This document shows, piece by piece, positions 59,572-64,000 of a stretch of DNA of 64,000 nucleotides; the first letter of the stretch is position 1; each line of letters begins with the position of its first letter. This DNA is from Aquificaceae bacterium (GTDB taxonomy: Bacteria > Aquificota > Aquificia > Aquificales > Aquificaceae), in NCBI GenBank assembly GCA_041640635.1, contig JBEPZX010000001.1, positions 32,001 to 96,000 of the forward strand. Direction: 5' to 3'. Both the position numbers and the translations under genes were made by a program. Under the pieces are notes generated by a model that saw nothing but the letters and a program-made list of their open reading frames with translations, did not search any database and had not been told where the DNA came from.

Positions 59572-60765
59572 ATGCTTAAAGAGTTCACAGCTCATGAAAG
59601 GAAAGTGGTATTGGGTATAACTTTCGCTGTGGCAGTGAGAATGCTTGGTCTTTTTCTTTTGCTTCCTGTACTTTCTCCATACGTGGCTACCTTAGAAAAT
59701 TCTACACCTGAATTGGTAGGACTTTCCATAGGTGTATATGGCTTCGCTCAGGCCTTTTTGCAGATCCCCTTTGGATACCTATCTGACAAATACGGTAGAA
59801 AGCCTGTAATTATAGTTGGAATGTTAACTTACATAATAGGGAGCTTAGTTGGAGGGATAGTGAAAACGGCAAATTTAATGGTGTTGGCTCGTTTTGTACA
59901 AGGTTTTGGAGCTGTTTCTTCAGCAATGACAGCCCTTTCTGCGGACTTAGTTCGCGAAGAAGTAAGAACTAGAGCTTTTGCACATATAGGTGCGTCCATA
60001 GGATTGGTTTTCGCTTTGAGTATAGTGATAGCTCCTTATATTGCTGGTAAATTTGGAGTTCCTTTTCTTTTTTTCATTACGGCTTTTTTAAGCTTTATAG
60101 CTACCGCTTATATAGCTTTTTTTATACCAGAACCTAAGGTTTATTCTAACGAAAGGAAAATACAACCAAGTTGGTCCAATATACTAAAAATAATTAAAAG
60201 CAAAGATCAACTTTTTCTAAACTTTTCTATTGGATTGCTACATGCTTACTTAGTCGCCATTTTTACCATAATTCCCTATGAGTTGGTATACGCATACAAT
60301 TTTCCAAAAGTAGAACATTGGAAAATTTATTTACCATCTATACTAATATCATTAATCATTATGGTACCTGCTATTGTATGGGCTGAAAAGAAACATAAAT
60401 TTAGCCCCGTATTTTTATCAGGAATATCCTTCATAGGATTTGGTCTATTGGTTATATTACTTTTCAACAACTTTTTTTCTAATATACTACTTTTCCTTTT
60501 GTTCTTTATAGGATTTAATTTCTTAGAGCCTATCATACCATCACTCTTGGTGAGGCTGACATCAAAGGAAGTACGAGGACTTTCGCTAGGCTTTTTTAAT
60601 ACTACCCAGTTTATTGGAGCTTTCGTAGGTGGAATGTGGGGTGGATATGCCTTAAAGCATGGAGAATCATTCTTTTTATTGCCAGGAATTTTTGTAGTGA
60701 TTGTTTGGTTATTAATAAGCTTTGTCTATCTTAAGAATTTATCCGTACCTAAAAAGATGGTATAA
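59572..60765 (+). CDS. MFS transporter (YajR-like)
   Basis: RMLGLFLLLPV, QIPFGYLSDKYGRKP; about 12 TM segments. Confidence 0.88.
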   Translation: MLKEFTAHERKVVLGITFAVAVRMLGLFLLLPVLSPYVATLENSTPELVGLSIGVYGFAQAFLQIPFGYLSDKYGRKPVIIVGMLTYIIGSLVGGIVKTANLMVLARFVQGFGAVSSAMTALSADLVREEVRTRAFAHIGASIGLVFALSIVIAPYIAGKFGVPFLFFITAFLSFIATAYIAFFIPEPKVYSNERKIQPSWSNILKIIKSKDQLFLNFSIGLLHAYLVAIFTIIPYELVYAYNFPKVEHWKIYLPSILISLIIMVPAIVWAEKKHKFSPVFLSGISFIGFGLLVILLFNNFFSNILLFLLFFIGFNFLEPIIPSLLVRLTSKEVRGLSLGFFNTTQFIGAFVGGMWGGYALKHGESFFLLPGIFVVIVWLLISFVYLKNLSVPKKMV

Positions 60766-60774
60766 TCTTAATAC

Positions 60775-61176
60775 ATGATAAAGGTAGAAATTGTTACACC
60801 ACAGGGAAAGGCTCTAATAAGGGAAGTAAAGTCAGTAAACATACCAACATCAGAAGGAGAAATTGGAGTCTTAGAAAAGCATATGTATTTAATGACACTT
60901 CTAAAACCTGGTTTGGTCTATTTTGATGGAAATATGTCCGAGGGGTTAGCGGTTACATATGGTTATGTTGATGTAAGCCCTGAACGTGTAATAATTTTAG
61001 CTGAGGAAGCCTATACAATAGGCGAAATAGATGTAGGAAAGGAAAAAGAGGATTTTGACCGAGCTGTAAGACAACTTGCAACTGCTAAAACCTTAGAGGA
61101 AATTCAGGAATGGGAAAGAATTAGGGAAAAAGCTCGTACTTTATTGGAGCTGGTAGAAAGGTTTGGAGGGGTTTAA
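60775..61176 (+). CDS. atpC: F1F0 ATP synthase epsilon subunit
   Basis: EIVTP, PT.EGEIGVL..H, ILAEEA, C-terminal helical hairpin. Confidence 0.9.
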   Translation: MIKVEIVTPQGKALIREVKSVNIPTSEGEIGVLEKHMYLMTLLKPGLVYFDGNMSEGLAVTYGYVDVSPERVIILAEEAYTIGEIDVGKEKEDFDRAVRQLATAKTLEEIQEWERIREKARTLLELVERFGGV

Positions 61177-61867
61177 GGAATTTTCCTTTTTTGGTGGTAA
61201 GGTAAAATTTAAACAACCAAAGGAACATAGACTCTCTGTTGTTGAACTATTGTTTGTTGCCAACTTAAAGATAATAAAAAAATCATCTAAGGTTTTAGAT
61301 CTAGGTGCCGGTTTTGGTGCTTTGTCCATACTAATTGCCCTCAAATTTGGGTGTGAAGTGTATGCTTTAGAAAGAGATTCTGTTATGCTGAATTTGTTAC
61401 GTTATAATCTGAGGATTAATAAGCTGGTAGACAAAATAAAAGTTATTGAAGCTGATTTAAAGTATTACAATAAGTTTATAAAACCATCTTATTTCGATTG
61501 TGTTGTAGTTAATCCACCTTTTTATACGCAGGAAAATACAAATAATCCTTATCACTTTGAAACGGATACAAAACTCGAAGATTTTTTAGATTGTGCGTAT
61601 TATGCTTTAAAAAATAATGGATATTTGAATTTATTAATACCTACGAATAGATTGAATGAAGTTTATAAAAATCTTTCTGTGAAGGATTTAGTCCCTGTTT
61701 ATATACGTTTCTTCTATGCAAAAGAGAATAAAAATGCGAAATTAGCACGAATAGTTTGTAAAAAAAAGGCAAAAAGCCAGGTAACTATAGAAAAACCTTT
61801 GATCATAAATAAATTAGATGGTAGCTACACTCCTGAGGTTCAAAACATAATAAATTTTATGATATAA
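61163..61867 (+). CDS. tRNA1(Val) A37 N6-methyltransferase-like SAM-dependent methyltransferase
   Basis: LDLGAGFG and NPPFY motifs; N-terminal FKQP...R pattern. Confidence 0.8.
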   Translation: MEGFKEFSFFGGKVKFKQPKEHRLSVVELLFVANLKIIKKSSKVLDLGAGFGALSILIALKFGCEVYALERDSVMLNLLRYNLRINKLVDKIKVIEADLKYYNKFIKPSYFDCVVVNPPFYTQENTNNPYHFETDTKLEDFLDCAYYALKNNGYLNLLIPTNRLNEVYKNLSVKDLVPVYIRFFYAKENKNAKLARIVCKKKAKSQVTIEKPLIINKLDGSYTPEVQNIINFMI

Positions 61868-61891
61868 TAGGAAAGTTTTTAGGAGGAGTTT

Positions 61892-62440
61892 ATGAAACTA
61901 CCTGAAAAGTTGGTAGATCGAATAAGTGATAGGATAATAAATGAGCTAACTCAAGAAGGGTTAGTTGAGGCGGAGGATGCCTATACCTTTAAAAAAAAGA
62001 TAGTAGCCATATTTAAGAAAGCTCAGGAAGAAGAACGACTTCTCGATGAAGAAACTAAAGAAATTCTTAGAACAAAGTTGGAGTTGCTTGAGGAAGCTAG
62101 TTTAGATTTTAGATCAGCATTCAAGGCAGTAAGGGCAAGATTGGCAGAAGAGAAAAATATTCATATTTCAAAAAGAGAGAGAATAAATCAAATAGCTAAT
62201 ATGATAATGGACCTTATACTGGAGGATCAATCGATAGAAATATTCGATGATCCACCTAATATAAGAAAACGTATAAGACAGATTCTAATGGATGCGGTAA
62301 AAGAGGAAGAAGACATAGATAAAGAGGTTAGGGAAAGAATAAAGTCCTACTCAAGGAGAATAGTGGAAGGAACACCTGAGTGGAATCATCTGTACAAAAA
62401 GATATACGAAGATGCATTAAAAAGAAGGGGCTTATTGTAA
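61892..62440 (+). CDS. DUF507-family protein (two internal repeats)
   Basis: Two similar helical halves (EEERLLDEE / EEEDIDKEVR); C-terminal VEGTPEW...KRRG. Confidence 0.7.
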   Translation: MKLPEKLVDRISDRIINELTQEGLVEAEDAYTFKKKIVAIFKKAQEEERLLDEETKEILRTKLELLEEASLDFRSAFKAVRARLAEEKNIHISKRERINQIANMIMDLILEDQSIEIFDDPPNIRKRIRQILMDAVKEEEDIDKEVRERIKSYSRRIVEGTPEWNHLYKKIYEDALKRRGLL

Positions 62441-62522
62441 ACTCTTTAAGAGATTACAAGCACATCAATTAAGTCTAGATATAAATTGCTATTGCCTAAT
62501 TAAATCCTTGCGGTTACTGAGC

Positions 62523-63155
62523 TTAGGGTAAATAAGCTATTGGATTTTGCCTGTTTCCATACTTTATCACTTCGTAATGGAGATGTGGTCCAGATGTTCT
62601 TCCTGTCATACCTACGAATCCTACTACTTGTCCTTTTACTACCTTGTCACCGTAGCCTACTGTATAATCAGATAAATGTCCATATAAGGTAACAAATCCA
62701 TGACCATGGTAAACTATAACACTTTTGCCATAACCGTTAATCCATCCTACGTAAATAACTTTTCCGTCTGAGGTTACACTTACAGGTGTGCCATGAGGTG
62801 CTGCTATATCAATTCCGGTATGAAATTCCCTTTGTCCTCTGAACACCCTCCAGCCATAATCGGATGTTACTATTCCCACCACTGGCCATATGTCAGGTTT
62901 TGTCATCTCTACAGTTCTTATATCTAAAAGTTCACTTAATGCTGCATCCTTTGAAACTTCAATTGCGATTATTTCTTCAACTTCTTGTGTACTTAGTTGA
63001 TTCTGTGAAAGGCTATTTTGCTCTATCTGTATGGTTTTGTTCTTAGGAATTTGAAAGGAGTCTTCTGCAGGCCCACCAGATCCTATTGGTGAAGTATTCA
63101 CTAAAGGCTTGCAGAAAACCCCCCCAACAGCTAACGCAAGTAATAGCTTTTTCAT
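62523..63155 (-). CDS. M23-family metallopeptidase (peptidoglycan endopeptidase)
   Basis: WPV.G, HTGID, YGH and HLH zinc motifs. ATG at 63155 after GGAGG. Confidence 0.92.
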   Translation of the reverse strand: MKKLLLALAVGGVFCKPLVNTSPIGSGGPAEDSFQIPKNKTIQIEQNSLSQNQLSTQEVEEIIAIEVSKDAALSELLDIRTVEMTKPDIWPVVGIVTSDYGWRVFRGQREFHTGIDIAAPHGTPVSVTSDGKVIYVGWINGYGKSVIVYHGHGFVTLYGHLSDYTVGYGDKVVKGQVVGFVGMTGRTSGPHLHYEVIKYGNRQNPIAYLP

Positions 63156-63189
63156 AGGAATACCTCCTATTTTTTTATAACTATTAACC

Positions 63190-63219
63190 ATAATACATCT
63201 AGTAATTAACTTGTGTCAA
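63190..63219 (-). promoter_or_regulatory. Putative sigma70 promoter of the M23 peptidase gene
   Basis: Minus-strand TTGACA (63219-63214), 18-bp spacer, TATTAT (63195-63190). Confidence 0.55.
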
Positions 63220-63290
63220 GTTTTTATTATAATAGGTCGTAAAATCTTATAAATTGGTTTAGCCAATGAAAAAGGTAGAAATTTCTTTAG

Positions 63291-63689
63291 TTAGGAACTT
63301 ATTATTTTAACTATAACTTTTCTCTCCCTAGGACCATCAAACTCCGCTAAAAATATAGATTCCCACGTACCTAAGACTAAATCACCATTTTCAACAGGAA
63401 TTATTCTTGAGTTACCAATTATAGAACTCCTTATGTGGGCAGCTGAATTACCTTCCGCATGTTGGTAGTTTGAATCGCTCCAAGGTATTAATTTTTCCAA
63501 GAAATACACAATGTCCTTAACAACATCTGGGTCCGCACCTTCGTTTATGAATATACATGCTGTAGTATGTGGGACGTAAACAACGCATAATCCATCATTT
63601 ATACCGCTTCTTTTTACTTCTTCCTTTACATGATTAGTTATATTTACGATGCTAGTCTTTCTAGTCGTTTTAATCTTAATTATTCCCAT
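63291..63689 (-). CDS. yjbQ: YjbQ/UPF0047 family protein
   Basis: PHTTA, INE.AD, H.EGNSAAH, LGTW..I...EFDGPR.R. Confidence 0.92.
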   Translation of the reverse strand: MGIIKIKTTRKTSIVNITNHVKEEVKRSGINDGLCVVYVPHTTACIFINEGADPDVVKDIVYFLEKLIPWSDSNYQHAEGNSAAHIRSSIIGNSRIIPVENGDLVLGTWESIFLAEFDGPRERKVIVKIISS

Positions 63690-64000
63690 TACCCTTGCTT
63701 AATTTTGAATACGCACTTTTCTTTGCCTTGCGCTTGGCATTGTATTTCCTTTACTTCTATACTCTTTTCTAAGAGTTCACTCAAAAAGCCTTTGAAAAAT
63801 CCTGCCATAGGTTCGCATACTGGCTTTTCACTAGTTCCGACAGCTTCTACCAATATGGAGCCTTCTACTTTTATTTCCATTTTTTCTATATCGTACTCAA
63901 ATATGTCTAATAGCCTAGATGATTCTGCTATTATGGTCAAAATATCTAAAGCTTCATCTAACCTATCTGTATATAGGTTATACCTGTCCTTAAGTATACG
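63689..64000 (-). CDS. V4R-domain protein (5' end outside the window)
   Basis: Frame is open to the window edge; PVC...GF..G, E.QC.AQG...C.F V4R motif. Confidence 0.8.
   Translation of the reverse strand, partial: RILKDRYNLYTDRLDEALDILTIIAESSRLLDIFEYDIEKMEIKVEGSILVEAVGTSEKPVCEPMAGFFKGFLSELLEKSIEVKEIQCQAQGKEKCVFKIKQG

Overview
A 64-kb, gene-dense, AT-rich chromosomal segment, most consistent with an Aquificaceae (Hydrogenobacter-like) chemolithoautotroph. Evidence for that placement: a stand-alone citryl-CoA lyase of the reverse TCA cycle, a GltB-type glutamate synthase with no gltD beside it, a group 3b [NiFe]-hydrogenase, hypCD, and scattered housekeeping genes. The window holds about 60 CDS, including an RND/MFS double efflux locus, tusA-dsrEFH-queD-priA, a secreted 14-repeat WD40 protein, a pyruvate dehydrogenase-type operon followed by a type IIG restriction-modification enzyme, a chromosomal traT, and two diguanylate cyclases. 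No rRNA, tRNA or CRISPR array was seen. The main observations not visible in the ORF track are: (1) a ~310-bp collapsed IS607-like remnant (tnpA start plus tnpB RuvC and Zn-finger fragments) inside the hydrogenase operon; (2) a recurring arrangement in which the stop codon of one gene is part of a (TGn)TATAAT promoter box, so that four proteins end in Met-[Leu/Val/Ile]; (3) many genes that appear leaderless; (4) a 40-bp palindromic bidirectional promoter/operator at the efflux locus; (5) apparently degenerate nucleotide-binding motifs in PriA and the E3 subunit. All calls come from reading motifs by eye; no database searches were run.
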